Shown here: piece after piece, positions 38,592-56,229 of the stretch
How the letters are laid out: each line of letters begins with the position of its first letter
How positions within the stretch are numbered: position 1 is the stretch's first letter
Assembly (NCBI GenBank): GCA_039545335.1
Contig: BCIN01000002.1
Coordinates: forward strand, 1 to 64,000
Source: Kondoa subrosea
Taxonomy: Eukaryota
DNA length: 64,000 nucleotides
Direction: 5' to 3'
The notes under the pieces: generated by a model
Told to the model about the DNA's origin: nothing
Database searches by the model: none
The model's input: only the letters and a program-made list of their open reading frames with translations
Program-made: the position numbers and the translations under genes

Positions 38592-39267
38592 AGAATCCTC
38601 AAAGATTGGTGCAAGTGTCGATAGGAAGTGTGGGTCTGTATTATGTATTGTAGGTATTGCAAGAGCAACCTCTCCTTTCCCTGGATTTTGTATAGTATAG
38701 TCATCACCTTTCTTGTGTATAGCATAACACACACCTCTTGGGAATATAGCAAATGTATATAAGGTTTCAGATTTCATTCGTTCCTTTTTTTCCCCTCTGC
38801 GTTTTGGCTACGAGCCTGAGCCCTTCACTGCTGTGAGTCGTGCGCTCGATCTCAGCAGTTGCGAGATCTCCGAGACAGCGGAATTACGTTTTGACATTTG
38901 ACTTTGTTTCTCCTCAAACGCGACCGTCCAGCCAACTCATTTCGCTCTACGTTGCTGGCACCACACTCGCACGCGATCTGGTGACTTGTGGATACCTACG
39001 GCCTGCATTCCCCCCTGTGCGCCAAGAGTGGCCTGATATAACTCAAGATTTCCATATTTCGCCATGCGATGCTCGCGAGAAGCGTAGCTGCTTAGTCACA
39101 AGACAACACATCAAGTCCAGATCTGCATGAAATCATCGTTCCGCTTGTCAATCTCCTGCATTCCTTTTCAGAACCTCGCGCTTCCGTCGTGCCTTTGCAT
39201 ATTGGCGCTCATAAATCTCTCTCTACATATCGGTCTTATAGACAGACAGCAACAGGATACATAGGAT

Positions 39268-41609
39268 ATGGCCTCTGTCGCGACCATGACTTATCAACCT
39301 CAATCTCAACATCATGCAATGTCAATGTCTCAGCAACAATTCTTTAGCGATCCATCTTCAAGAATTCCTTCCAGACAAATGCCGCCTCCTCCACCTCAAG
39401 CACTCACGCTCGATCAGCAAAGGTTGCAAGAGCAAGCTCAACATGCAGAGAAATTGCAGCAGTATTATCATCACCAGAGACAACAAGTTAGTCTATGTGG
39501 CTTGCTCTCGGCTCTTGTCACTGATAATGCTTTTAACAGCAGCAACAAGGTCAACCAAATCAAATGCATATGATGCCTCAAGATCAACAAGTTCCACCTC
39601 ACCCAAGACTACAGCGAGCGAATTCCAATCCTCATATGGTCAACGGTCGACCAATGCAATCACCTGCTCATCATCAACAAATGCTTGCTCAACAGCAGCA
39701 GCAGCAACACTTGCAACAAGCAAACAATTTCATACCGACTAGCATGTCGAACCCAGATATCGCGGCTTTGCATGAAAGAAGGATGCAAAACGATAGAGCT
39801 TACATGGAGCAACAAAGAGTGCTGGCTTTGCAAAATCAAGCTCAAATGACACATCAGGTTCCTGGTCCGCGTCCTCAACAGCAACAACAACAACATATGA
39901 TGACCCAGAATGGCATTCCAATACATTCTGGGTATGCTCCTCCTGCGCCCCAGCAACCAGTACAAAGAGGTCCTCCGCAACCTCAACATGCATATATGTC
40001 AAGACCTCCTTCACAAGCAGCTCAATATCCACCTAATAATCCACCTCAATTGCAAAGTATGACAGCACATCAACAGCAAGCTTTTCAAGCAGCTCGCGAA
40101 AGGCAATTAGCTAGCAATGGAGCTATGCAACATCTTCCGCCTCCTCCCACACCTCATACTCGAGCAGCCTCAAATAGAGCACCGAGTCCTTCTCCCGTCG
40201 CATCTACATCTTCTTCTTACGTCGTTCCTTCCACTCCAGCTTCCGTTACTCTTCCACCTAGATCCTCTTCACTTGCACCTCCAAGACCTCAGAATCCTAT
40301 CAATGTGTTTTCAGCGAATGGGGTAGCAACTATGCGCCTGTTACAATATACTCAAGCTCTAACAGAAGCAATGCAAGATGGAATGGAAGGATTGAAACGA
40401 TTCGTCTCAGACTTCTATACCGACAAAGCTTCAATCAAGTTCCTGCTGACTGAAGAAGGAACTGGAGTCATCAAACAGCTTGGTCAGTTGTTCTATACCA
40501 TGAATGCTTGAGCTTGACTAATAGTTGAGCTGACGCAGAGATGCCTATAAGCGTTTTCCCTCGATATATGACAATGTATGCCGAAGCTGGAGTCAAGTCT
40601 TTTACCCAATCTCTCGAATCACCTCAAGAAACGCAATCTGTTTTCCCTACACCGGATGGCAAATTCTCACCAACAGGCCATTTCCAAGTCGATTGCGCTC
40701 GGTGCACTTTCATCACAACCTATTCCAACGACACGCAAGTTTTCACTTCTGGTTCAGTGCGCGTTCAGTTTCGAAGATTCCCTCTTCCGCCTGAAGCTGG
40801 AACATCGCCTGCTCGGATGATGGCTGGAGGCAAAGCACCTATGATACTGAAGATCGATCATATGGAGATGCATATTCAATCCTTTCAACATTCAGTGCTA
40901 AGACCACCAAAGACAATAACAAACCCTTCTTCTCCCAGAAAGCCCGTGAACGGACTATCAGACAGTCTGGTGATCGATTCGCCTGGTGATGTCACTCCTA
41001 CAAATTCTGTCAAAGGAAGTCAAAGTGAGGGCAAAAGGCCTGAATCTGTGTATAAATGGCCAGAAGTGAAAGTTGGCAGATATGGGATACCAGATGCCAT
41101 CCTGGAGTTCCTCGAGGTGCGTGTACCTGAGACAGTATCAGATGCATTGCTGATGCACACATTGGTATACTGCACAGGTTGCCGAAATGATTCATACTCT
41201 TGGAGATCTGATCTATACCTCTACAACTGAATCTATTGGACCTCAAGAAGCGTTAGCAAGATATGCGAGTCTTCATGTTCCATCTCCTACACATCAACAA
41301 CAAGCTTCACCGCCTTACAGCAATTCAGCGCCAATTGTTTCCAGAGCACCGATGCAATTAGGAATAAGAATACCAGAACATCGGTTAGAACCAGGTCCAG
41401 CTAGCGCACCTATCATACCTCCTTCGCATCTCAATAATGTACCGCCTGTCTTGCCGCCTCAACAGCATGCGCAAACAAATTCAGCGCCCACTTCACCAAA
41501 TCAAGGTGGATTGAAACGAAAGATGGATGGAATGGATATGGCAGAAGAGGAAGATCTGTTGATCAGTAGTCCTAGGCTTCTGAAAAGAGCAAGAGGGAGA
41601 GGAAGGTGA
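39268..41609 (+). CDS. LIM-domain-binding (LDB/SEUSS) family transcriptional co-regulator, Mfg1/PtaB/Adn1-like
   Basis: Q/P-rich N-terminus, then MRLLQY, FVSDFYT, VFPRY..EAGVKS, VDCARC, LKIDHMEM, YGIPDAILEFLE|VAEMI..LGDLI. Confidence 0.85.
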
Positions 41610-41866
41610 TTTCGGCATTGCTCGGAGCAGCAAGTCTGTACAAAGTCGTTTGTGTTTTCTTTTTGGGTTCATGCGCGTCAAGGAAAAGGGTTTTATCGCA
41701 CAAAGGGTTATTTAATGTTTTCAATTCTAAGTTGTTCGCACTACAATTGTTGTACAGAGCACCTTTCTAAGCACTACTACATGTTGGCTTACGTAATTTT
41801 CGTAAATGTCGGTCTATTCTCGACAGCCAAATATAATACCTCAGACTCTCTGTATACCCCGTAGTC

Positions 41867-44800
41867 ATGCGTAGACGTAACAAGTCTGCTAGCAAGGCTG
41901 CATCGTCTCCTGTCAAGCTGGACATAGACATCCCAGCGCAATTGCATATCAATGAAATTTCACCCAAGAAAGCTACCATCAGAGCTGTGCGCTGTCTCTT
42001 CATATAGTCGCTATCTCTTCTCTTATGTAACGATTAATGCTTAGCCTGGGACTCCTTTCGACGAGCGCGAGATTGATCTGACTGAACTAGACGCGGACTC
42101 TGATTCTCCAACGAAAGCGAAGAAGCGCAAACCTTTACAAAGCAAACGTCGCTACTACTTTGTCCTTGGCGGTCTCGTTGGAGCTATAGCTGTTTATAGC
42201 ACCCTGTTTCAAAGCGAATCAGCATGGGGGAACCTTGCTCTACCTGATATGTCAGGCTTGAACTTTGATACAAGCTTCATGGATTCCGTTGCGCTACCTG
42301 GAAACTTTGCCAGAGATTTCAGAGAGACGATTGCGAATTTGAGTGGAAGTTTTGTAGGAGGTACTGGCGGCCAGCGATGGTGGATGGAAAAGACAGACTT
42401 CAAAGTCGGTAGACAAGCGCTTTCTGAAGGTCTGACAAAGAAGCACGCTGTAATCTTGGTTCCTGGCATCATTTCTTCTGGGCTCGAGAGTTGGTCTACA
42501 GAGTTTGTGCAAGATTCGATTGCTTTGCATCATTCTTGATGAGGTGCTTTTGCAGTGATCAGACTTCTGCTTTCTTCCGCAAACGTGTCTGGGGAAATGC
42601 GGAAATGGTTCGCGCTATCTTGACGAATAAGGCGCAATGGATACAAACGCTCAAAGTTTGCAATTCCTTTGGCGGTCGACTGACGCTCTGACTTATGGCC
42701 TAGCTTGACGATGAGACTGGTCTTGATCCCCCTGGTGTCAAGGTTAGATCTGCTCAGGGCTTGGATGCTGCGTAAGATCTAGAATCAGCCAGCTGTACCG
42801 ATTGCTGACGGTCCACATAGGAGCTACTTTATTACAGGCTAGTACGTTCTCACGCATCCCCGGCTCGCGCTTTCCTTGACTAGCGTGCCATTAGCTTCAT
42901 CTGGTGCGAAATAACACACATGCCCCGGGTCAGGCCTAACATTAGGCATACAGGGCAAAGATAATCGAAGATCTAGCTGTTTTGGGTATGACAATACCAT
43001 GCAGCATAAGCACTTAATTCATTTCATGTCCAGATTACGACCCATCGGACATGCAACTTGCTGCCTATGATTGGCGACTGACAGCGTTCAATCTGGAAGT
43101 ACGAGACAAGTACTTCTCGCGTCTAGTAAGTTTGCATAACAGAAACCGTCAACTTCGCTCAAGTCTGTACTAGAAATTCATGATCGAGCACAATTTGAAG
43201 TACTCTGGGAAGAAGACTGTTCTCATATCGCATTCAATGGGAGGTCAGATTGTTCTATGGTTTATGAAGTGGGTTAATATTATAGTCATCATCTCCAGAG
43301 CTGAGCAAGTCAAACAGATGGGTTGAAGCACCTGGCTTTGGCGATGGAGGTATGTAAAAGTGCTTTTCATGCGTCATCTAATTAAATCTCGATTGAGGCG
43401 ATCAATGGGTGGAAACTCATCTCGAATCTTTCGTAAACATCGCAGGCACACTGCTAGGTGTACCAAAAGCCACAGCTGCTTTGTTGAGCGGAGAAGTAAG
43501 CTTTTCACCTACCTTACGACTGTGCTGGCGCTGACTTTATGCATAGATGCGCGATACAGTAGGTCAGACATGCTGACCTCTGCTGGCATTGCTGAACATG
43601 TCTAGGTCGAGCTGAATCCAGCGGGTAAGCCAAAGCTGCGCGCTTAATCTGAAAATTCGCTGATCCTGACTGTGGCCGAAGGTGTTTACCTTCTCGAGAA
43701 AGTGAGTTTTATCGACTGATTCCTTCTTGACATCACTAAATTCTTCGTACAGTTCTTCAGTCGTCGAGAGCGAGCAGAATTGTTTCGGACGTGGTACGTC
43801 GGAGTTCCAATTGGTATCGATTTGACTTCCCATGCAATGATTTAGGGGCGGAGCTGCGCAAGCAACATTTTCTCTGTAAACAAGCTTGCAACTAATGTTT
43901 CGCTGTAGCACAATGTGGCCCAAAGGTGGTTCGGCAGTTTGGGGAGAAGAGAACTCTGCGCCAGACGTACGCATATCCCTGGGCGTCATTTCAATCTCAC
44001 CATTGCACCAGGATCCGGAAAACTGCACGGTCAGTGGCGGGTCGATGTATCGGTTCAAAGAAGCTGGAGCAACAGAACTCAACTCTACCACTGTTCAGCC
44101 GAACCTAACAATGTAAGTGTTACGTCTTGTTTGTTTGATTCCTGCTCAATCTCAAGACAGGGACCACGCACTAACTTTCATGCTTCAACATACACCTACA
44201 ACTTTTCAACGCATGATGCAAAGCAACTACTCGCATGGCATGGAAAGAGATCCAAAGCAGATAGCCAAGAACGATATGGATCATCGCAAGTGGGCGAATC
44301 CTCTGGAAGTGCGTCTGCCTCGCGCCCCCTCAATGGCAATCTACTGTTTATATGGCTATGGCAAACCTACGGAGCGATCTTACTTCTATGCGAAAGGGGC
44401 ATTTGAACATGGCGAGACCGATAACGCAGAGATGCATGAAGCTGAATGTTCTGCGGACGAAGTGGACTGTGTAGCTAGCAACATCACCGAACGTCGGCCG
44501 CTAGATGTCAGTCCTGAACAAAGACCATTGACCCTTCTGACTTGTGCTACAGATGCCGATGTCTAGGAAGAGCTGGATCGATACGTCAATACACATTACT
44601 AACGGCTCTTCTCAAGTGAGAAGTGGAGTGTGAGTTCTTCGAGCCATTTGCAGGCTAGGCTCAATTTCATAACAGCCTAGCGACTGAGGGCGATGGAACG
44701 GTCAATCTACTCTCACGTAAGGCAGTGTTCAACTGCCGCCATTTTTGCTAACCGACTCTTGACTTTTAGTTGGGGCAGTCTGCGCAGAAGGTGGAGCTTG

Positions 44801-45191
44801 GCACAAGCCCTGTACGTTTTGCAAGCTGTCCCAAGTGTCCTGCTTATGCCCTTCAGTGTACAATCCCGCGGGGATCAAGGTCATCACCAAAGAATTGCTT
44901 CATGAGCCAGCAGGAATCGATTTACGGGGCGGCCCGAGCTCGGCTGACCATGTGTAAGTCTTCCAGAATGATAGCATATGATTCCAAAATCTCACCGACT
45001 CTGACAGTGACATTCTTGGAAACTCAGAATTGTCGAAATCGATTTTGCGTATTGTAGCAGGTATACCGAATCCGGTGGAAGAAGTGAGTTTTCTACTGTC
45101 TTGCTGTTACAAGCACAGATTGAACTTTGTCTGATAGCGCTATTACTCTAACATTCGGGAAATAAATAGAAAGATCAAGTGGGAGATTTAG
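41867..45191 (+). CDS. LRO1: Phospholipid:diacylglycerol acyltransferase (LCAT family)
   Basis: VILVPGIISSGLESW, GLDPPGVKVRSAQG, AYDWRL, SHSMG, NPLEVRLPRAPSMAIYCLYGYGKPTERSY, EGDGTV, ADHVDILG. Confidence 0.95.
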
Positions 45192-45237
45192 AGGGTAGAG
45201 AAATTTTTAGAAAGCACATGTCACATAGAGATCCATT

Positions 45238-49114
<3,877 letters not shown>

Positions 49115-49280
49115 CGCATCCAGGCCTTTGTTTTGTTGTAGGTTGACCCGAGAAGACGAGTCGGCTGCTGTGTTTCGCGTCTTTCTACGCCTCTCTATAC
49201 CCTTGTGTCTTAATGTCTGAGTGCTTACTGTGATATCTTTATCTCTTCAATTGAGTCGAAGTTGATTTTATGCGCATAAC

Positions 49281-52065
49281 ATGTACCCTTGTTTTCTTTC
49301 GCTGGTGCTGCTGGTGCTGTCCTTTCAGCAATGTACATGTCTAGAGATCAAAGGATGGGATGCTTCATCTCTTCCGCTCGCTGTCAAGACACCTTATCTG
49401 TCAAGCTGGATGCCTAAAGGTCAACTTAACGCAAACACTGCTCGATTCTGGACTGGAGATGGGGCAGATTGGACTGCGATTGTACGTGTGAATGGAGAGG
49501 CTCACAATTTGATGGGTGTACCCAATATTGATTGGTCACCTGCAGAGCAAATAAGATTGGATGTACGTGACTGGTCTCGGTAGTTAATTGATCAGCTCAG
49601 AGTTGTACTTGGATAGCTGACAGCAACGAGAACCATCTTCACTATGCGAGCTGGACCAGTCGATGCTGTTCTAACCTTCTTCACCCCAATCTCACCTGAA
49701 AACCTCTTGAGGCAATCTCTTCCTTTCTCCTATCTTGACATCTCAATCAGCTCAAATGATGGTCAATCTCATCAAGTAGAACTGTACACTGAAGTCGGCT
49801 TGGAACTCATCACTTCCGACCGAAATGTAGTAGCCAAATGGAATCTCAATAGTGTCCCTTCATCTAATGGCGAGATCTCTTACTTCAACATCACTCGAAG
49901 TGAACAACTTCTGTATCAAGAAACGAATGATCGAATAGATTATGGTTCTGCTATTTATGCATCTCAAGCGCAAGGTTCGTCTATCACGACTACTTTCTCT
50001 TCAGGTCAAGATATTGCTCGCACTCGGAATGACTTTGTTGGATCTGGTTCGTTTGCGAATGTCAAAAATAAAGATTGGAGGAGCATGGAATTTGAAAGAC
50101 CTGTTTTTGCTTTTGCACATGATTTTGGATCAGTAGGCAAAAAGAGCAAAAGTGTACGAAACGTAGTTGGGCATACAAGGAACCCTGCTTTGGTCTATGC
50201 TACGAAAGAAGGGATGCAAGTGAGGTATGAGTATTGGCGCAGCAAGATGTCGACAGTCGAAGAAGCTGTCCGTGAAAGCTCTTGGTTTTTGCCATTAATG
50301 GAAACTGACCTATCTCGGTAGTTGCAATTCGTTTACAAAGATTATGATAGTGCTCTGGAGGCATCGACAACTCTAGATCAGCGCATCGAGCAAGATGCCG
50401 TTGCTGCCCATTCTAAAGATTACGCTGCTTTGTGTCTTCTTTCCGCCAGACAAGTCATGATGGCGACGGAAATCACTACAGGTGCACTAGATGGCGATGA
50501 CGATGATGTGTTGGTCTTTCTTAAAGAGATTTCAAGCAACGGAAACATTCGTGAGTTTATATATGCGATCTTTGGAATACCGAATGACCATGTATAGAAA
50601 CGACCGATGTAATCTTTCCTGCTGCGCCTTTCTTCCTATACCTTTCTCCTCGCTACTTGGAACTTTTGCTCGAGCCGTCGTATAAATATCAGCTCTCAGG
50701 TCTTTACGAACCTCTACCTGCTGCTCATGATATCGGAGAGTAAGTCTCTAGATGTGTGAGCAATAGCTCAATCTGATGTTAAACACAGTCACTACCCAAA
50801 TGCGACTGGCCATCCTACATTTCATAATGCCCCCTTGCCAGTGGAAGAATCAGCAGACATGATCATTATGGCCCTGGCGTTGGTCCAGAAAGGATTCTGG
50901 ACACAAGCTGAGCGGTATTATGATCTGTTGAAAAGATGGGGAGATGAATTGGTCAATCTCGCCTTGATTCCATCAAATCAGCTGGTGCGTCTCAGTTGTA
51001 TGAAGTTGAGCACTTAATTGACTTCTCTCCAGTCTACAGACGAGTGAGGTCTTCCCTGATCAAAGCTTAAGCTTCCGCTCATACTGGCTTTTGCGTAGCT
51101 TCCAAGGCCGCTTAGCAAACCAAACTAGTCTAGCTCTAAAAGGCCTGATTGGCATCAAAGCCTTCAGCGCCTTAGCAGATACTCTGGATCATTCAGACGA
51201 TGCAAAGCGTTACTCCAATATCGCCGACGATTACCTGTCAAAGTTCCTCGATCTGGCAATCAGCTCAGACGAAACGCATATAATGCTTTCTTATCACAAT
51301 GAAACCAGTTGGTCGACTCAATATAATCTGTATGCTGATATCCTGCTCGGACTCAAATTCATCCCTCAAAAAGTGTATGACATACAAGCGGAGTTCTACA
51401 TGAGTGTTATGGGTAAGTACATCCTGGGTGTAAGAGTCAAGCTGATTCATCGCATAGGCGAATATGGTCTACCTCTTGATTCCAGAAGCACTGTCGCGAA
51501 AACAGATTGGGCACTGTTTACTGCTGCCAGTATCACAACGTTCCAAAACAATGCTACCAGGGAAATCATTATGTCCAAGATCTTCCGATATATGAAGGAG
51601 ACGCCGTTCGATGGACCTTGGAGCGACATGTATCAAACGACTGACGGAAGTTGGCATGGGTTCAGAGCGAGGTAACCTTATCTTGGAACCCCTTTGACCG
51701 GAACTCATGAACTTCGCAGGCCTGTCGTTGGGGGTCATTTTGCGCTTCTAGCTCATCCTACGCGGTTCCAACTTCAACAGAGACCAAAAACACCTCTATC
51801 GATCAAAGTCAAGGATCACACACTCGGTATTGCTTCAATTCTAGCTACAGCTCTTGGCATATCTGTTCTCTGGTTTACATATCATCTGTACAAGAAGCAA
51901 AGGAGACAGTCTCCTTTGGACAGGCAAGAAGATGCGATCACGATGCAGCCTTTGCTCGCACCTGATGACAACGAGAAGATTTACAAAGGCAGACTCATGC
52001 AATCGAATTCGCCGATTGCTGAGTCGCCCAGGATACGCTATGTGAGGCAAGATACTCCGGGATAG
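49281..52065 (+). CDS. gtaA: Glutaminase GtaA family protein (DUF5127/DUF4965/DUF1793) with signal peptide and C-terminal TM helix
   Basis: PLAVKTPYLSSW, RQSLPFSY, PVFAFAHDFG, FLKEISSNGN, PVEESADMII, LANQTSLALKGLIGI, YNLYAD, ARPVVGGHFALL. Confidence 0.9.
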
Positions 52066-52138
52066 CAGAAAGTACAATGTATTCGATTATAACAGTATTT
52101 CGTTTCCATTACAGCGTGACATATCATTTTCCTTGTTT

Positions 52139-54124
52139 TTACAATTTTGCCTTGCCTGAATGGGCAATCTCTTGTCTTGCTCCCGCTCGTGTAGTTTTTG
52201 CCTCAAAAGCAAAGAAGCCAGTACGTTCTAGTCTTTCCTTGAGCACATTCCCTAGAGCTGTTGCAGGTGTCAAAGGACCAGCACTGAGAATCGCAATAAC
52301 ATGAGTGGTCTGCGCAACAATGGCTGTCGTATGCTCACTCTTTAGCTATAGCAGGTAGCTTCTCTCGATCTTGCAGAACTGCCAAAGCGCATTCGCTAAT
52401 CATCATAGCGGTTGAAGCATAGCCCTGAAGCCAAACATCAGCCGAATAAAGTCAAGATGCTTTGAATAGACTAACCGGATCCCCTTTACCGTAAGCAGTG
52501 ACTGTAGCTTGAGTGTTGCCATCCACCTCGCTTGCGATCGTTGTTGCCTTCCACCAACCGTTTGCTCTAGTATGTTCGGAAGGGCCGTCTCCCGATTGAG
52601 GCCCAAACCGCTTAAGTAAAGCTCGTATCGGTTTTATAGTCATCAAGCTGAGAAAGAAGAGTAGAGTAGCTGATACGAAGGTCGACATGATCGCTGAGGA
52701 ATATTCGACGTATTCGTTATAGTGGAAGTCTATGGAGCAGAAAGATCAGGAAACGAACAGAACTGGGCAGCTGATTCACCTTCGCCATAATGGAACTGCT
52801 CCTTGTTTGCTTTGGCAAGCGTCTCCAAAATGCCGAACCTGAAGACATCTGCCATGAGCCTCATTTCATCAACGAATAGCTATACTCACGTCCGGTAAAC
52901 GATTTTGGTATCTAGGCATAGACTTATTAGATGGAACGCGTTATACTGCCTGAGTCACGTACTGTGGAACGCTGAAAGGTGATTCGATTAAGATTTAACG
53001 AAATGATCAATCTCCTGCAGACCTACACATGATAAAGAAACTACAGATACAACATCAGCTCGAAGCTTCAAGCAAAACAACCTTGAATACTCACCCTCCT
53101 CTCTTTCCATCCTGGAGCTTTGTAGCAAAGGGTGTTCCGTAAGCATGTCGATACTTGCGATTCGGGGCACCAATAGGTGACAGAGCGAATGGTGAGCCGA
53201 TCGTTTTGCGGTCGAGATCTCTTTCGGTTTCGATCATGCTGATCATACTTGCGAATGTGCCACCTGCGCAAGAGTAAGGACATAGCAGAAGACAAATACA
53301 GCTAAACATACCGCTGAAACCTCCTTTGAACTTATGTGCTGTGAAGGGCAATGAGTCTTTAGGATTGAACTCTACGCTATGAGCTAACCAGTCTCAACCA
53401 ATCCTACTTTGGCACTGGGTTTCGCTCTTTGTAGTTCTTGTACGGCCAAGAAGGTTCCTAAGTCACTAGGTATACCTGGGTGGGCGTGTCAGTACAGAAA
53501 GCGCAACACAAGGGAAGCGATCGCACTATCCCAACCACAAGAGCTGTACATTATTGGACAATAAACAGCTGATAGACAGCAGATTTAGCCCAGTAACGTA
53601 CTTGATCATAATGGCTCCGCTTTTTATCGCGGCAGCAGAATGCTCGCCGACCATTTTGACGCAGAAAGGAATCTCTCCAGTTCTATGAGAAAAAGAAAGC
53701 TTCCAATGAATAAGTCTGATTGATAGCTAGTCTTGCTGCTCACAAATCAAAGTAATGCGTGCCATTCTCAGCACATGCTTTGTATAAAGCGGAACCATAG
53801 ATCTCATACGGTCCAACCAGAGCTATGGAAGACACAAGAATGAGGTGTCTTGCAACTCAATGCAGAATTGTACTCACAGATGACAGCCTTCGTTTGTTTG
53901 ACCAATTTCAACAAAGCAGTCACATCAAAGCTATCGGCTTCCAGAATATCTACACCATCGCCAAGTGCCAAATCTCTCTTGACGGCTTCGAGTTTAGACC
54001 TGGATCTACCAGCAATAGCGAATTTCGTTGGTCCAGAGGCAGTCTTCAAGTATTTGGTCACCAATTTTCCTGTGAATCCTGTAGCTCCATAGACGACTAG
54101 ATCATAAGGTCTTGAGTCTGACAT
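52139..54124 (-). CDS. Saccharopine dehydrogenase-like oxidoreductase (SCCPDH family) ending in PTS1-type AKL
   Basis: YDLVVYGATGFTG, AIAGRSRSKL, HYFDLTGE, CGWDSIPSDLG, GGTFASM, GDPGYASTA, LTPATALG. C-terminus HSGKAKL*. Confidence 0.9.
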
Positions 54125-54247
54125 TTGTTTGAAATGGTTCGAAAAGAAAACGTCATCACATGCTTCAACTCCGAAGAAACTTATAGAACGATTATGCATA
54201 AAAGGTACACATGTCTAATACACAGGAGGTTTGCATATAATCATGGG

Positions 54248-55399
54248 CTAGATCTTCTTCCGAGGTGAAGCGCGCTTGATCCAAGGTAAGAATCCAGTTG
54301 ATCCTTCAAAGGCTTCCGCTCCTTCTCGGATACTGAGCGATAAGAGCTGCATGGCCAGGATAAGATAATAAGCGCCAAAGCCTGTGAGTAAGTGCCAGTA
54401 CGCATGTCCTTCTAGCAATCCGGAAAGAGGGAAGCCGAGCAGATCTTTGTACTTTGTGAGCGAGTCGCACAGAAGATTACTAAAGTGCCTTGATCAGCGA
54501 GGCTTTGCATTATACCAGAGCATATACTCACTCGCAGTTCCAAAGCGCGAAAGCTGCTACCGCGCACAAGCAACCTATCCTGTAATAAGCTCTAATCTCC
54601 TTCTTCCTCATCGATTCGAACGGCGTGTCTTGCAAAGAGGTATGCATAAGATAAGCCGTGTGTGTGATGTTGCTTACGACCAGGATACCCCAGGCTACCT
54701 GGTGAAAGACGGCAATCGAATAATGGATATAGATCAGGCTCAATACGGTCGCCATTGTGGCGAGGAATATCGGCAGTCGTATACCGCCTCTCTTGGGTTG
54801 GCCAAGTCGGGCGGTTTCGAGAGATATGTAGCACACTGTAAAGGCTGATCAGCTTTAAGATCACATCGAGCACATCGTCTGACTGACTCTGAGCGGTGAC
54901 AAACAACATCGGAAGTTCGTCCATCAGCTGCCAGCGCCAGTGTAGAGTGGCGTGGAAGAGAAATGATCCTGTCCCGAACTCAGTTCATGATGCCTTACGT
55001 AATCAATGCAAACGTACCTGATCCGACAACACCCAGGCCAACCCAGGCTAGCAAGTATCGTATGCCTAGGGACTCATTGACCGCATTCCTTATACCATGT
55101 ATAGAAAGAAAGACTAGCATATGAGAAGAATCACGTGAGCACCGCTTTCAGAAGATAGTCTGTCGGAACCAACGGAACGTACAGAAGAGCAGATTGGTGA
55201 ACGTATTGAAGAATTCCGCGATCCAAGGAGTGACAGCGTAGTTGCGCTCGCACCTGTTTGATGTTTCGTCGGAGTTAGAAACGGGCTTGACTATAAAAGA
55301 TCAACGCTACCAATCAATGCTGGCTGTCACAGGTTGCCAATGTCCTGCAGTAGGAAGCTTATCCAGAGAATTCCAGATGACCAGGTGTTGATGAGGCAT
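54248..55399 (-). CDS. YPC1: Alkaline ceramidase (Ypc1/Ydc1/ACER3 family)
   Basis: WQPVTASIDW|CERNY, IAEFFNTFTN, GSFLFHATL, QLMDELPM, LEGHAYWHLLTG. Confidence 0.92.
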
Positions 55400-56229
55400 G
55401 TTGAAAGAAAAGATAGTTTCTAAATTTGCTTTCAGTCAGTACGAGCGAGGTTGGTCACGTAATGTGCTTTGGTAAGCAAGCGGGACAAATCAAGGAGATA
55501 CTAAAGCAATCTCAGAGCCAGGCAAAAGGAAAGCTGAGCTGAACATGATCGCTACCGAACAAGACCGATAACACCCAAATGTCACAACAAAATCTTGCGA
55601 ATGATCATGGTAAGGGCGATTACAATAGCCTTCTTTTATGACACGGAGAGCAGTCGTAATCGCTTTCAAATATATGTCTGCTATCGAAACGCAAAAATAA
55701 TAATTCAAGGGTTTATGACGGGTTTTCAGCATATCGTTCTCATACCACAACGCTATTGACCAATCCGGCTGGAAGAAAAGAGAAAGTGCCAATTGAATTC
55801 CAGCTGACGGATCTGATATGAGAATGAAAGGAGCCATGATCTGACAGTGTCGTGGTGCCTGATTCACCAATAGCAGATATGAGATGCCGCGGTCGGAAGT
55901 TATGGTATCGGTATCCATTCCTCTGGGATGGAATATCCGCCCATCTGTCTCGAATTGTAATATTCTGGGAATTTCTAACGAAGAATTTTGCGTTCGATAG
56001 AAACAGAGAAAGAGTACTTGATGCTTTGTTGCCTTTTGCGCTGTAGATGGATGGATGGAATTCGATAAATGGGTACTGTAATGTTGGAAGCGTCTGGACG
56101 TTGAATGCGAGATGACAAGGCGATATAACGGAAGGTGAAGATACATGTGTATGCTATTTTGACGCTGAGCCGGACCTTCATGGTATCAAGGTGAACTTAT
56201 ATCTTGTCTAGGTCCAGTCACTGATATCA

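Noticed and set aside
39690..39900. CAG/CAA repeats
   Set aside because: Ordinary polyQ tracts of an LDB/Mfg1-family protein.
55490..56181. 218-aa minus-strand ORF between the ceramidase and MYND genes
   Set aside because: No recognisable homology and atypical composition. A small spliced gene cannot be excluded but is unsupported.
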